DNA of 64,000 nucleotides from Clostridium sp. (GTDB lineage Bacteria; Bacillota; Clostridia; TANB77; CAG-508): NCBI GenBank assembly GCA_018371855.1, contig JAHAKD010000001.1, positions 219,478 to 283,477 of the forward strand, read 5' to 3'. Shown piece by piece: positions 63,386 to 64,000 of this stretch (position 1 is its first letter; each line of letters starts with the position of its first letter). The notes under the pieces were generated by a model. It saw only the letters and a program-made list of their open reading frames with translations, ran no database searches and was not told where the DNA came from. The position numbers and the translations under genes were made by a program.

Positions 63386-64000
63386 CTATATTATAGTTTT
63401 ACCTATATATTGTGTTGCAATTCTATTTTCTGGTTTTTCATCAAATAAATATAAAAATATTAAAAATACCCATTCTAAAGGTTTCATTATTATATATGTA
63501 ACATCAGCTTGAATTGCCGTATTTATATGTTTAGATAGAGGATATCCATATTTATCATAAATATATCTCACAAAATGATGAAATTTAGGTGTTCTTTCCT
63601 GTATTAAATCTTCAAAAGCATTTGCTACACATAATTGTCTATTAACTACTATTTTCTTTCCTCTCCTAATTCCCATTCTAATAGGTTTTACTAAATTTTT
63701 ATGACCTCTTAATGAAACAGTACATAAATAATGTCCATCATATTCAATTGGTGGTGGAGAAATTTTTGTTGATAAAGTCCAGTCACTTGTTTCTAAAAAT
63801 GCTTTGATTGCTTCATCTGGTCTTTGTCCAAATAATACCAATATACATATCAGTATTACTGTAAGTGGTATTGACAGAACAATAGCAAGAATTGACCAGT
63901 TATCAGTATTATAGAGTATTTTACTACACTCATTTAAAATTTTATTATCATATTTTTTTGCCTTTATATTCTTTTCTTTATATTTTTTTATTACTTCAAT
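63386..64000 (-). CDS. Flanking membrane protein, partial (N-terminus beyond the window)
   Basis: The - strand frame stays open from 63841 to the window edge and includes a TM helix (WSILAIVLSIPLTVILICI). This is the only convincing - strand gene. Confidence 0.55.
   Translation of the reverse strand: MEVIKKYKEKNIKAKKYDNKILNECSKILYNTDNWSILAIVLSIPLTVILICILVLFGQRPDEAIKAFLETSDWTLSTKISPPPIEYDGHYLCTVSLRGHKNLVKPIRMGIRRGKKIVVNRQLCVANAFEDLIQERTPKFHHFVRYIYDKYGYPLSKHINTAIQADVTYIIMKPLEWVFLIFLYLFDEKPENRIATQYIGKTII

Noticed and set aside
1-64000. The 21-bp repeats might be an artefact of a circular plasmid window wrapping around.
   Set aside because: The sequences immediately after the two copies differ completely (CAGGGCTGTTGCG... 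versus TCAAAGTTTTGTG...), so the window does not simply re-enter the same sequence.
1-64000. I looked for tRNA, rRNA or tmRNA genes as possible integration targets.
   Set aside because: No GC-rich cloverleaf-like or rRNA-like segments are visible. The only GC-rich patches are the oriT-like repeats and short motifs described above. A tRNA scan would be needed to be certain.

Overview
This window is very AT-rich DNA with Firmicutes (Clostridia-like) coding style: GGAGG ribosome-binding sites (RBS), TGA/TAA stops, sortase and LPxTG-type proteins. Almost all of it (about 15-62242) looks like one ~62-kb conjugative element, either an ICE or an integrated plasmid, bounded by identical 21-bp direct repeats. 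Every credible gene inside is on the + strand; the only - strand gene is a partial flank gene at 63386-64000.

Recognisable modules:
- Regulators and replication: XRE regulators and a Rep-like initiator (264-9125).
- DNA processing: Topo III and ParB bracketed by ~127-bp inverted repeats that carry an IncP-like nick motif, followed by a ribbon-helix-helix (RHH) accessory protein and the relaxase.
- Surface: a sortase and two thioester/Cna-B adhesins.
- Gram-positive type IV secretion system (T4SS): VirD4, VirB2-like x2, VirB6-like, VirB3/PrgI-like, VirB4, M23 hydrolase.
- Toxin-antitoxin: a type III ToxIN-like module.
- Recombination: two tandem tyrosine recombinases at the right end.

Main candidate for something new: about 18-20 otherwise unrelated proteins, interleaved with the T4SS operons, all end in the same acidic C-terminal tag, [E/S]EE[D/E]E[L/I/V]-stop. 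They include a ToxN-like RNase, a HipA-like kinase, a nucleotidyltransferase and a SpoVG-like protein. I interpret the tag as a shared recognition or translocation signal, that is, a repertoire of T4SS-delivered effector or establishment proteins.

Other notable signals:
- A ~90-bp promoter/operator cassette reused eight times.
- Adhesins that stop immediately after LPKTGF.
- An oriT-like repeat present twice in inverted orientation.
- An 11-6-11 palindrome at the right junction.
- Several decayed genes.

All calls come from reading the sequence and ORF translations. No database search was run.
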